DNA from: Octopus bimaculoides
Lineage: Eukaryota
NCBI RefSeq assembly: GCF_001194135.2
Contig: NC_068994.1
Location: forward strand, 22,194,834-22,258,833
DNA length: 64,000 bases
Direction of reading: 5' to 3'
Below the pieces are notes generated by a model, which searched no databases, was not told where the DNA came from, and saw nothing but the letters and a program-made list of their open reading frames with translations. A program made the translations under genes and the position numbers. Shown piece by piece: positions 11,290 through 23,811 of this stretch (position 1 is the first letter of the stretch; the number at the start of each line of letters is the position of its first letter).

Positions 11290-12750
11290 GATTGCTACCA
11301 TCAATATTGACACAATGAAAGGTAGGTCAGGAGAGATTGTGGTGATACTGGAACAAAGATGAGTAGCTGTGTATTGTGTGCAAGAAATAAAGTAGAAGGT
11401 TGCCTCAGCCAGACTCATCATGGACAAGGAATAGAGATACAAACTCCTCTGGGTAGGAAACTGCAATGAGATAGGTGGAGTGAGTATATTGTGAGCAAAC
11501 AAATGAATAGATAAAGTAATTGAGGAGGTCAGAATATATGATAGGATAATTAAGCTTAGGTTTGTTATAAATAACTCAGTGATGACATCTCTGCATTTGA
11601 ATAACAGTCAGGACTGACAGATGAACCAACGGATTACATTTTTATGAAACCCTTTTGCAGATAAACTGCATAACAAATGATAGTGACTCATTATTATGGC
11701 TGGCAACTTTAATGGACATGTTGGACAACAGCGAGAGGATTTCTCTGACATAAGTGGAAATTATATTTACAATACAAAGAATAAGGAAAGATCAAGGATC
11801 CTGGAACGCTCTCAGGCAAGAGATCTAACCATTTACAGTACAAACTTCAAGAAACTGACGGCCACCCTAATCACCTCCCAAATAATAAATGCACAATCCT
11901 GATAGATTTTTTTCTCACTCAGGATTGGGACAGGCAGTGCAAATGCTAAATTTTTCCTGGTGAAAACTGTTCAACCCAATACATATCAATGGTTTCTGAC
12001 TTAATAAGACTGAAAAAGGAAAGTTAATTTAGAGGAGGAAGATATGGAAGGTGAAAAAATATTGGCTACTGATTCTGAGGAAAACTGGGAGCTTGTGTGG
12101 GAAGGTGCTGCAGGCTGCAGACTTGTTCTGTGGATGGTGCAAGGTGAAGTAGTGGTAAAATAGTACTGTAACTAGAACTGTAAACATTTAGAGACAGGCT
12201 TAGAAAGAGTGAAAGAAAGGGAAAGCAGAGTGCAATATAAAATTACAATATGGCAGATATACCTTGCAAAGGAAGAGGCAGAAAGAAAAGTGTCAGAGGC
12301 ATGAAGTATTTTGAATTGCTTTGCTGTGTGCTTGTGGAAACCAAGACATCATTGGAGAGTAGTGTGTATGAAATGATAACAGCACAGTTACTCTTAATGA
12401 CATCAAAAAGAAAATGGCATGAATGTGTTTCTGTGAGAGGCTGTTGAATTCAGAGAATGCATGAGAGAGAGTCTACCTTAAATAGATGTAACGGAAGGAC
12501 CTGCCAGCCAGGTTGATAGCAGTATTGTAGATAAAGCATTTAAGCAAATGAAAGCATGGAAGTACCTGGTCCATCAAGAATTACAACTGAGATGCTAAAA
12601 AAGTTTGGAGGAGTTAGATACAGGCTAGTCACCTGCTTAGTCAGTCAGGCAGTACAAGAAAGCTTCATACTCAATAACTGGCTGTTATGCCAATTACTGG
12701 GTATGAAAATGTTTAAAGAGCAACAGAGATGCATAAGAGAAACAGTTATA
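11290..12750 (+). mobile_element. Old degraded RTE LINE 5' portion (AP endonuclease and linker)
   Basis: RIATINIDTMKGRSGEIV, CVQE, RIYDRIIKLRF, AGNFNGHVG and PGPSRITTEMLK motifs with many stops. Confidence 0.75.
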
Positions 12751-13419
12751 GCCAAGTTGATAAAGATAATTAACCTCATTTTGTGCCCGGATGAAGTGTT
12801 ACTGATGTTGCCTTCCTGTGACACCTAGACCATTATTTAGCTAAGAGTGCACTAATGTGTCCAGTTTGTAAATAGTATGGCATTTTCAATAGTAAAAATA
12901 TGACTTTCATCATTTCTCATAAGTCACAAAATATAAGTGAGATAGCCTGGGGATTAAATTATTTTGATATATGGCAAAAAAAAATACAGCCAAGATTTAA
13001 GCAAGTATTTATCCAATTACTGCAAATTTTATAACATTTTTGATTAGCATTTATGGAGAATAGATTAATTATGCTAATCTGGGTTTTACTGTATGTATTA
13101 CATATTTACGCAGGAATGCAGGACTTCCAGACTCACAAAAATGCTGAACTTGAAACTTTTGTAGAACACTAAATCAATATTTACTTTTATCACCAGAACC
13201 TGTCTTCATCAGTCTTTCAGCCAGCTATATATGTATATTATAATATTTGTGTTTATGTTCAGTTATAATAAAAACAATAATTTTACATTAATCTGATGGG
13301 TTACTCTATACTTTTATAGATTACTAATTAATTATTCTTAAACAAGAATATTGTTATTTACATTTGACGGATATTTGTCCTCATCTTTTGTTGTGACTTC
13401 AACATTTTGGCCAGTTAAA

Positions 13420-13453
<34 letters not shown>

Positions 13454-13454
13454 A

Positions 13455-13800
13455 TCTTTTACTTGTTTGAGTAGGGTTGCCACTTTGGAGTGTTTTAGTC
13501 AAATTGATTCCAGTACTTACTTTTGAAAGCTTGATACTTATTCTTTCAGTCTCTTTCATGGAGCTTTTAAGCTACGGGGATGTAAAGAAACCAACACCAA
13601 TTGTCAAGCAGTGGTAGAGGGCAAACGCAAAGATATATTTATACAAGCTTCTTTTGGTTTCCACCTACCATATCTACTGACAAGGCTTTAGTCAACCCAG
13701 GGCTATAGTAAAAAACTCTTGCTCAAGTTACCATACAGTGGGATTGAACCTGGAGCCATGTGGTTGGAAAGTAAATTTTTTACCACACAGCCATGCCTAT
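13455..13800 (-). mobile_element. SINE family A, degraded
   Basis: Reverse-complement similarity to 24976-25350, including the A/B-box head near 13740-13795. Confidence 0.7.
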
Positions 13801-14044
13801 ATACAAAACATGTGTATGACTTAGGATAATTTGCATAATTATATCGAAAATGAAGTAAGAGAAATAACTCAGAGTGGACAGTGACGTTAAGATAGCAAGG
13901 ACAAAGAAAGGTATACTAAATACCATACAAAATATATTCTTGACTTATTGAAAAAATCATCACTTCATGAGAAATATAATCTAACATTTAGTAGCACTTG
14001 CAACAACTTTGAATGTATTTTTATTTCAATGACCCATTTTCTTG

Positions 14045-17000
14045 AGGAGGTTTTGATGAAAAAGAGGAGGATATAGCATCAAATAATGTGGAAGACAACT
14101 GGAGGTTCCTGCAGGACAACCTGTTGAGGGTGCTGACCAGATCTTTGGATAGTGCAAAGTTCCCACTCAACCTAAGGTAACATGGTAATGGAACAATGTA
14201 GTTGACAAAGCCATTAGGGAAAAGAAATAGGCATGGAAGGACTGGAAGAGCAGTGGTAGCAGGGAACTGTATCAGATCGCCAGAAAAGAAGCTAGGAGAC
14301 AGGTTTATTTAGCCAGAGGGGAAGCAGATAAGAAAAAGTTTGCTAATGTTCTGCATTGTGAGGACCAAAGACTTGAAGTGTTTCGTGTTGCAAGACAGTG
14401 TGTGAGAGAGAAATGTGCCTGCATGGATGATGGCTCACTTGCATTTAATGATGCTGCAAAGAGAGAAACCTAGATACGCCACTATGAAACTATGAAAGGT
14501 TACTAAATGAAGAGAATAAATGAGAGAAAGAGAGTCTGCCAAATGTCGACCCAACAGAGGGACCAGCTATCCGAATTGACAGTACCTTGGTAGATAAAGC
14601 AATTAAGGGTATGAAGACAGGGAAAGCCCCTGGCCCATCAGGTATCACTGCAGAGATACTTAAAATATCTGGCAGTGTAGGCTATAGTCTAGTTACCCAC
14701 ATAGTCAACCAGTTGGTACATGAAGGAGTCATACCCAATGACTGGTGTTGCAGCACCATAGTCAACTGCTAAAACAGTAAAGGTGACGCATTAGATAGGA
14801 ATAATTACAGAGGTATCAAATTGTTGGATCAGGTGATGAAAGTCATGGAGAGGGTCATAGCCCAACTAATTAGGGAGAGAATTAGTTTAGACGAGATGCA
14901 GTTTGGGTCTGTGCCAGGGAGAAGCACCACTGATGCTATATTTCTGGTAAAACAACTGCAGGAGAAATTGCTAGCTAAAGATAACCCTCTGTACTTGGCT
15001 TTCGTTGACACGGAGAAAGCCTTCAACAGGGTCCCCCAATCCCTTATCTGGTGGTCAATGCGGAAACTAGGGATAAATGAGTGGTTAGTGAGAGTTGTAC
15101 AAGCCATGTACAGGGACGCTGTCAATAAAGTGAGGGTTGGCAACGAGTATAGTGAAGAATCCCAGGTAAGAGTAGGGGTCCACCAAGGATCAGTCCTCAG
15201 CCCCCTCTTATTCATCATAGTCCTCCAAGCAATAACAGAGGAATTTAAGACAGGATGNNNNNNNNNNTCAGCCCCCTCTTATTCATCATAGTCCTCCAAG
15301 CAATAACAGAGGAATTTAAGACAGGATGCCCCTGGGAGCTCCTCTATGCTGATGACCTTGCTCTAATAGCTGAGTCACTACCAGAACTAGAGAAGTTTCA
15401 GGTGTGGAAACAAGGTCTAGAATTAAAGGTCCTTATAGTCAATCTAGCAAAAACCAAAGTTTTAGCAAGCAGGAAGGCAGGCAAATCACAATTCCCTTCA
15501 GATAGATGGCCCTGCTTGATCTGTAGAAAAGGCATAGGTAGAAACTCCATAAGATGTACCCAGTGCAAGCTATGGACACATAAGAGGTGCAGCAATATCA
15601 AAGGAAGGTTTACTGGGAAGATAGTTTTTGTGTGTGACAGATGTACAGGGGCAATAAACAGTGGAAATGTGCAGAAAACAGCTTCCATCAGATGCCAGGG
15701 GAAAAAACTAGAAATAATTGATAGCTTCCATTACATAGGTGAGCAAGTCAGTAGCAGAAGTGGATGCTCTGAGAGCATAGATGCTAGAATAAGAATAGCC
15801 TGGGTAAAGTTCAGAGAGCTCCTACCTCTGCTGGTAACAAAGGGCCTCTCGCTCAAAGTGAAAGGCTGGTTGTATGATGCCTGTGTGTGCGAACAGCCAT
15901 GCTACACAGCAGTGAAACATGGGCTGTGACTGCTGAGGACATGCATAGGCTTGAAAGAAATGAAGCTAGTATGCTCCGCTGGATATGTAATGTCAGGGTG
16001 CATACTAGACAGTGTAAGCACCCTGAGAGAAAAGTTGGGCATAAGAAGCATCAGATGTGGTGTGCAAGAGAGACGACTGTGCTGGTATGGTCATGTGTTA
16101 CGTATGAATAAGGACAGCTGTGTGAAAAAGTGTCACACTCTAACAGTGGAGGGAACCTGTGGAAAAGGTTATAGTGATAATACATGTTCAGTATCAAGTA
16201 TTGATATGGCTGCATGTATATTATTACAAGAATTCTTACAGAGAAGAAGTATAAATTTAAGAACTATATATTTACTACATAAAAATATATTTTATTTACT
16301 GGTCAATGATGATACATAATCAAAATGTAGAATCTAGTTGAATGAAGTAATCTATGCAAGAAAGTTCAGAAATAGGAAATGTAGAAATAACAGCTACATG
16401 GTGGTTTTCAGCCCTGTGGCATAGAGAAATAGATGTGCATAGCAACGACATGAATGGCTCTGAGTGTAATCAACTGAGAAGCAAAGAGCAGGGTAAGCAA
16501 GCTGTTTTTATTAATGGAACACTAGACATTCTAGAAACATCCAAGTGAAACGCGAAGCTTCTTGAATAATTAAGAATTACATCTCATGATACAGATGCTT
16601 CGAGAAACTTAGTAAAGGGAGAATTCTCTATAAAACTTCTTGCAAGATAGATCATTCAACTATTTAGCTACAGACTACTACAGGATCCAGGAAGACCTGG
16701 GATGAGGTGGTGAAGCATGACCTTCAAATGTTAGGTCTCACAGAGGCAATGACAAGTGACTGAGACTTGAAGATATGCTGGTCTTGAGAAGATCTGGCAA
16801 GCCAAGTGAGATCGTAACCCTGGCCTATACCAGTGTCACATAACCAGCCCATTTAAGAGTTCCCTTCAATCGTCGGGCAATGTGCTCTGCTTGAGAAGAC
16901 CTGTTGAGTCAAATGAAATCGTTGTCATGGCTGATGCCAGTACTGCCTGACTGGCACTTAAAATGCACCATTTGAGTGTGATCGATGCCAGTGCTGCCAG

Positions 17001-17273
17001 ACTGGCTCCTGTGCCGGTGGCACGTAAAAAGCACCATACGTGCATGGTCAATGCCAATGCCACCTGACTGGCTCCCATGCTGGTGGTATGTAAAAAGCAC
17101 CCACTACACTCTCAGAGTGGTTAGCATTAGGAAGAGCATCCAGCTGTAGAAACCTAGCCAGATCAGACTGGAGCCTGATGCAGCCCCATGGCTTGCTAGT
17201 CTTCAGTCAAGCTGTCTAACCCATGCCAGCATGGAAAGCAGACATTAAACGATGATGATGATGATGATGATGA
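14045..17273 (+). mobile_element. RTE LINE, linker + RT + PHD insert + 3'UTR, relatively young, with ~515-bp foreign insertion
   Basis: GKAPGPSG, GRSTTDAIF, AFVDTEKAFNRVP, GVHQGSVLSPLLF, YADDL (~15346) and RKTWDEVV; (GAT)n tail at ~17251-17273. A few stops/frameshifts; 10-N gap at 15258. Confidence 0.95.
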
Positions 17274-17369
17274 TTTACTAGTATTTACTAAATTACCATC
17301 ATGTTTCCAACAAAGAACTGTGTGCACACATGTATCAGCCCACAGCCTCCCACCTCATAGCTATCCATC

Positions 17370-17640
17370 ACATGTTTTGGTTCAGACATGTCCTCTGTCT
17401 CTCACTAGATCAATCCTACCAGGGCTTTACTCTCATTTGACACAGCAGCAGTGGGCTGGAAGAGGCCTTGTGGCAGGCCCAAGACCAGATGGCTGGATGT
17501 GATTAAGGAACATCTCCAGAGGATGCAGAGGGCTGATATGGGACTGTCAGTGATGAAGAGCACTGTTGGACGTGGTTGGCTCTATGCATGATGACGTCTC
17601 TGGGACCACTAACCTGGGATGACCCCAGCTTCATCAAGCA
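17370..17640 (+). mobile_element. 3' fragment of another RTE-like LINE family
   Basis: WFRHVL and GWKRPCGRPKTRWLDVIK motifs. Confidence 0.55.
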
Positions 17641-19728
17641 AGAGCATAAAGTAGAAACAGCAGCAGCACTAGAAACATTATTTGCTATAAATATTTGTAG
17701 AAATCTATTAGTTTGTTAAAGGGGATGAAATGACAACAATGGTAGCATACCAGACTAATTATTTTGAAACATTTAACTATGTTCTTTTACATTCTGAGTT
17801 CATATCCCATATTTTTTTGTCTTTGTTTTTCACCCATCCAGATTGATAAAATAAGTAGCAGACATGTACTGGTGTCAATTTGATTTACAGTGGCTCTTAT
17901 CTATAAATTTGTGGCTTTTTGTAAGCTTAGAGATCTTTGTTAGGGTCTATGGTTATATTTACAGAAAAAAATGTGGATTTTTTACTAATTGGTGCCTGTC
18001 AGAAGCTGAAGACTTCGAATTTTTTGGAATTGGAAAAGCATCCCTTATAACCATCACTTTAGTCATGGAGTCAATGAAAGAGCTTTTTATGTGGTTACTC
18101 AGTCTGCAGGCAATAACAATCATATCTCCCTCATCATATCCAACCATTTTAAAAATAGGAAGAGCATTAGATATTGGTTCCTAATTTTGGCACAAAGCCA
18201 GCAATTTCGGGGAAGGGGGTAAATCATACATCGACCCCAGTAATCAACTGGTACTTATTTTTATCAACCCTGAAAAGATGAAAGGCAAAGTCAACCTCAG
18301 CGGAATCCGAACTCAGAACGTAAAGACAGATGAAGTGCCACTGGGTGTTTTGCCCAGCATGATAACAATTCTGTCAGTTCAATGCCCAAAAGACATTAAA
18401 TATTAGAATTTGAAACAAGGTTTCAATAGAAACAAATACAAGTCTGACAAGAGAGATTTGAGACTGCTATATTCTGTATTTTGATTACATAAAGATTGCA
18501 GAAAGATATTAAAGGTGAAAGAATAGATCTGGGCATGAGATAAGTGATTGGCTGAATTGGTAACATAATGTTAACAGTGTTGGAAAATGTGTGTGGAATA
18601 AGAGATATACATACTTGTTATCTTCACTACAAATATATAAATCAAATCTTGATTTAGTTCTTCTGTTTCATATTTTCAGATATTACATTTTGCAGAAAAA
18701 CTATCATTATCAAACCCCTTATTCTACGGAGGATGCTTTTCAAGAGTGTGAAACGATTTACTATGTTTGAAGGGACTGAGAAAAAGATAATCTAAAATAA
18801 AGACAAAGCAAAAACAAAACGACAACAAAAAAAACATCCAATTTCTGCAAACTCTGCTGTGCTGAAAAAGATTGATATACTTTGATTGATGTATTCTGGT
18901 TCGAACTGGCTTTCATGAAAATTTAAATTACACAGAAAGAAAGAAATAGTTGAGTTATTTACAAATTATTTTGTAAATTTAAAAAGTATTAAATTTTTTC
19001 TTCTTTTTGATCTTTGATTTTTCAGTTGGAAAAAATAAACATCCTTCTGAACAAGAAAAAAAAAAAACATGCTAAGCAACAAAAAAAATATTTATATTCT
19101 TACAAAGAAGCAAAACTGAAGGAAGCAAAAACAATCATTGTAGGAAATATTCTTATTTGATATTCAGAAAAATTCATTTCTATTGAGAAGTTAAAAAAAA
19201 AAAATTGGAAAAGAAACATTTTTTTAAAATTAGGAAAAATGGAACTAAATAATTTATCTGGTTTTATTTGATTTATCTCATTGTTTAAACACTCACATGT
19301 GCACACACACATGCACATATTTATTGTTGGCCTGAGATTAATCTCTGTTACTATACACAGTTTCACATTTAGTAACAGAAAGTAATCGGCTATACTATAA
19401 ATATTTATGTTCTACTTTTGTATTGAGTACTTTTTCTAAATTCAGACAAATATACACACATATACATATATTTAAAAGATAGTGATAAAACCTCAGATAC
19501 ATACACACACATACATTAAAAGGTTTGATTGATTGACAGAATGGGAGAAATTAATGGTTATATTAATGTAAGAGTGAGATAGACTGACATATATATATTC
19601 AGAGAAAAACAGGAAGAAATTTTCTTGTTTTGGAATTTTTTCCAATTTGATTTTAGAAACTTTATTATAAATGTTATGAAACTGAATTTTTATTTCTAAC
19701 TAAATATTACAATCTTTGTAAAATTGTC

Positions 19729-21582
19729 ATGGAAAGTCATCTTGGACATAGTGGAGGGAAAAACATGCGTCAAAAGCAGTTCCTTCCCTGCAGCAATGCT
19801 GGTCATGCCCCACCCATACATAAAATGCCCCACATGCACTCAGAAAAAGTATACCATGGAAATATGTGTAACCCAAAATCCTATCCACCAAACTGCAGTT
19901 CCATGCATATGCACAATCGGTTACATAGTGCTACTGCTGTCAGTAAACCTTATTGGGACATTTATGGCAAGCCTCTCTCATTGGGAAAAACCTTGCCACA
20001 ATCATCAATACCTCCTCCAATGCCAACAATGGCACCACCAATCCCCCCTTTACCTCTACCATCTCCAAGTTCCTCTTCCTCTTCATCCTCATCTTCACCA
20101 CTGATAAATCAACCAAAAGGTACTGCTTCATCATCGCCCTCCCCCCATCACACTTCTCGCAATATCAGCAAGCCTTTCCATTGTGATGCCTGCCCATCAA
20201 TGTCACCTCACCAGGCACACATAAACCAGTACCAGCATCTCGACAAGGTTTCCAACTTTCACTGCGATATCTGTCCACCTCCACACATGCCACCTCTTCT
20301 GCCGTCCTCTCCATCAACACCTTCACCTTCCAATTCAACATCCCACCACCAGCATTGCGATATATGTCCCCCTTCATCAACTTGCTCTTCCCAGCCCATG
20401 TCATCACCACCCATTGTTCATCCTCATCACCAAAATCATCCACAACAATCATTACAGCCTCCACCACCACCATCACCTATTTCAACAGTAACCACACCAC
20501 ATCAACAATCACAGCAACAGCAGCAGCAGCAGCATCAACAACAGCAGCAACAACAGCAACTATCCAACCAACATGTTCATCAAGAGAAACCATATCACTG
20601 TGATGTTTGCCCACATCAATTTGCCCGTCGAGATGCATTGCAGTGTCATAAAAGGACTCATACTGGTGAGAAGCCTTTCCGTTGCGATATCTGTAATGGG
20701 CAGTTTGCTCGTCGAGATACCCTGCAATGTCACAAACGAACCCACACTGGTGAAAAGCCATTTCAATGTGAAGTCTGCCCTAAAAAATTTGCCCGGCGGG
20801 ACAAACTTCAATGTCACAAACGGACTCATTCGGGTGAAAAACCATATCACTGTGATCTTTGCAGTGGTCAGTTTGCTAGACGAGATACACTGTTGTGTCA
20901 CAAACGAACTCACACTGGACTGAAACCTTTTGCCTGTGACCTCTGCCCTAAAAAATTTGCTCGATCGGATCAATTAACTTGCCACAAACGTACTCATTCA
21001 GGCATAAAACCATTCCACTGCAATCTTTGCCAGAGGCAGTTTGCCCAGCGGGATAAACTTGTTTGTCACAAGCGAACACACTCTGGTGAGAGGCCATTTG
21101 AGTGTGATGTCTGTGGCCGCCGGTTTGCCCGCCGGGATACCCTGCAATGTCACAAGCGAACCCACACTGGCGACAAACCCTATCAGTGTGATCTGTGCAT
21201 CCAAAGATTTGCTCGACGTGATACGTTGCAATGTCATCGAAGGACCCACTCAGGAGAGAAACCATTCAGCTGTGAGTTTTGTGGGAAGCTGTTCGCTCGC
21301 ACTGACAAACTGCAGCGACATAGGCGCACACATGCTAGGCAACATAGCCACCATCAACACCAGCATTCTCATTCAGCAGTTGCTGCATCTACAGTTCTAC
21401 CAGCTGGCAGCTCTGGTCTAGCATCACCAGTGGCTGTTCTCCCTCCACCTCCTGGACCATTTGTAGTTGAGAGTAACAATAGTTTTGCTCGACCTGGAAC
21501 CACACCTCCTGCCTGTAAAAACATCAAAGACTACACACCTGTTTCTGTGACGAACCATCTGTGGCAAGCAATCTATTCATGA
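19729..21582 (+). CDS. Single-exon C2H2 zinc-finger protein, 617 aa, 9 tandem fingers (20593-21333), Pro/Ser/His/Gln-rich N-terminus
   Basis: Uninterrupted 1854-nt ORF with nine C-x2-C-x3-F-x5-L-x2-H-x3-H units joined by (T/S)GEKP-type linkers. An upstream coding exon cannot be excluded. Confidence 0.95.
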   Translation: MESHLGHSGGKNMRQKQFLPCSNAGHAPPIHKMPHMHSEKVYHGNMCNPKSYPPNCSSMHMHNRLHSATAVSKPYWDIYGKPLSLGKTLPQSSIPPPMPTMAPPIPPLPLPSPSSSSSSSSSSPLINQPKGTASSSPSPHHTSRNISKPFHCDACPSMSPHQAHINQYQHLDKVSNFHCDICPPPHMPPLLPSSPSTPSPSNSTSHHQHCDICPPSSTCSSQPMSSPPIVHPHHQNHPQQSLQPPPPPSPISTVTTPHQQSQQQQQQQHQQQQQQQQLSNQHVHQEKPYHCDVCPHQFARRDALQCHKRTHTGEKPFRCDICNGQFARRDTLQCHKRTHTGEKPFQCEVCPKKFARRDKLQCHKRTHSGEKPYHCDLCSGQFARRDTLLCHKRTHTGLKPFACDLCPKKFARSDQLTCHKRTHSGIKPFHCNLCQRQFAQRDKLVCHKRTHSGERPFECDVCGRRFARRDTLQCHKRTHTGDKPYQCDLCIQRFARRDTLQCHRRTHSGEKPFSCEFCGKLFARTDKLQRHRRTHARQHSHHQHQHSHSAVAASTVLPAGSSGLASPVAVLPPPPGPFVVESNNSFARPGTTPPACKNIKDYTPVSVTNHLWQAIYS

Positions 21583-21694
21583 AATTCAAATATTTTCTCT
21601 GCCGGACATCAGTTTCGCACCTGAAGTGCGATGAGCAAGATACATTGTTATTGCTCAAAACTTATGCATATATGCACATATAAATGTATGCTAT

Positions 21695-21761
<67 letters not shown>

Positions 21762-23811
21762 ATAGTGTTCATATATACATAAAAATATCTGCTAACACAT
21801 GTATGTTCCTATATACATAGAAATATATTATCTCATTAGCATGTCAGTATACACACATAACTGTGTACTCATACAAATATACATACATGTTCATATACTA
21901 GCAACTGAGGGCAAATTATATCTAAATCTGGTGAATTTCCTTTTCCTTTGCTTGTGTTTTAACTGTGAAAACAACATTCCTTAGAAATTCAAAAATGCTT
22001 GTTTCATTTTTTTTATATAATTTTTATATATTCACCGTAGTTATATCTTTTTTTCTTTTTATGCCTGAATGTCAATTTTCCATTATGTTATTAATATTTG
22101 CAGTTTATTGTTTGTATTATTGTTACTATGGTTGTCGATCTTAAAATTGGTAGAGAATCAGTTAAAAAAATGCCTTATGGTATTTTTAATTATGTCTGTT
22201 TATGTTCTTGGTTCAAATCCTGCCTAAGTCAAATCAAAGTTTACTTGGCCCTACATTCTACTGGGGTTGATAGAAAAAATTCCAGTTGAATTCTACGGTT
22301 GAGTTAGTTGACAGAATCCTCCTCCAAAATTTGTGCTCTTGTTCCTATGTTAGAAATTATTAATTTAATTAATGAATAGTATTTAGTTACATCCCTTTAT
22401 GTTCTGGATTCAGATACTGCTGGGAGTGACTCTGCACCCTTTCCCTCAAAATTTGTGAACCCATGCCAATAAAAGAAATTACCATTACTTAACTTCTTTT
22501 TTACCTGTGTTCCTAGGCTTTAATTTTTGTGTTAATGCTAAAGACTTGAGAAAATGAAAACAAACGGAAAATAATCATCAAAATTAATTAGTAACCATGC
22601 AAATTGTTTTGATTTTTTAATTAATTAAATGTCACTTTTATATTTTAGTTGTGTATGTGAATGAATTTTAATGCATGCATTTAAGAGAGAGAGAGAGTGG
22701 ATTATCTGTGTGTGTCTTTATATGTGAATGTGTTTCGTGTGTGTATGAATGTACTTCGTGTGTGTGTGTGCATGTATGTATGTATACACACACATATACA
22801 TACATATACATAATGTGAGAAATGATAGCACAAAACTGGAATAAGGACTGCCAAAATCTTCAATCATTAGTTGGTACCCATTTGCCCCAGACCAGCTGTG
22901 AATCTCAAATATGTCTTTTGCACAAGTGCCATTGCATAAATAATAAGCTTTGAAGTCTATTGCATGGGTTACATTCCTAGCTAAGGCTACTTATTCAATA
23001 TCCATTTATGCATCTTGGGAAAGGCATGAACATCCCAACATTCATTTTCCAATTCTCTGAAGTCAGCTTTTCTTTAATGGATCTCCCTGATTACAAAATA
23101 TGAAGCAATTGACTCTGTTTCACTAGTGCATGGGAATAAAAAATGTCTCAATTGATGTATGATAATATAAACTGGTTGGTGGATAATATTGGAGGTGTGT
23201 TATTAACAACTTAAACTTAATTTCTTAGTGTTTCAGACAACATTTTTGTGTATATTAGGCAGAGTGTGTAAACTAGTTAGAGAAATTTTAAATAAATCAA
23301 GCAATAAACAATGATAAATTGAGTCCTATTTTGTATTATTATATTGTTTGCATAGTAAATGATATTTTTTTATTGCTTTGTTAATATATTTATATATGTA
23401 TTTACATATGCACATGCATACACATACATATAGTTTTGTATGTATGTATATGCATGCATTTTATATTCATTGCTCCAAGCAGGGTTAGGTATATAGATGT
23501 GTGTGTGTGTTTTTTGTTTTGGTAGCAATTAATTTTACAATTAGATACTTCTTCTACTGATCATTCAGCAATGATGTAGAGATGAGGCACCCTGTTTTCT
23601 GCTAGTCAGCAAAATCAGAGTAAGCAGGTTAATGTGCTTTACTCTGGAATATGATACAATGGTTGTTGTTAAGATGAGTATATGGTTAATAAATTTTCTT
23701 TTGCATTTGTACAAGTTGGATCCAAGTCTCACCCAGAGACCTTAAGAGACAACAAGTTAGAAGTTCATGTAGGTGTTATGCCTAGGGTACCATATATTTG
23801 GATTTGTACAG

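Noticed and set aside
15197-15328. 61-bp exact duplication flanking a 10-N gap in the RTE RT
   Set aside because: Typical unmerged contig overlap; collapsing it restores a continuous reading frame.
17959-18147. 62-aa minus-strand ORF (VGYDEGDMIVIAC...)
   Set aside because: No recognisable domain or convincing splice sites.
18660-19030. Polypyrimidine-AG acceptor-like sites (18679, 18695, ~19025) upstream of the ZNF ATG
   Set aside because: Possible 5'UTR exon starts, but no donor or upstream exon can be fixed without transcripts.
19724-21421. Overlapping alternative-frame and antisense ORFs within the zinc-finger gene
   Set aside because: Shadow ORFs from the repetitive coding frame; no independent motifs.
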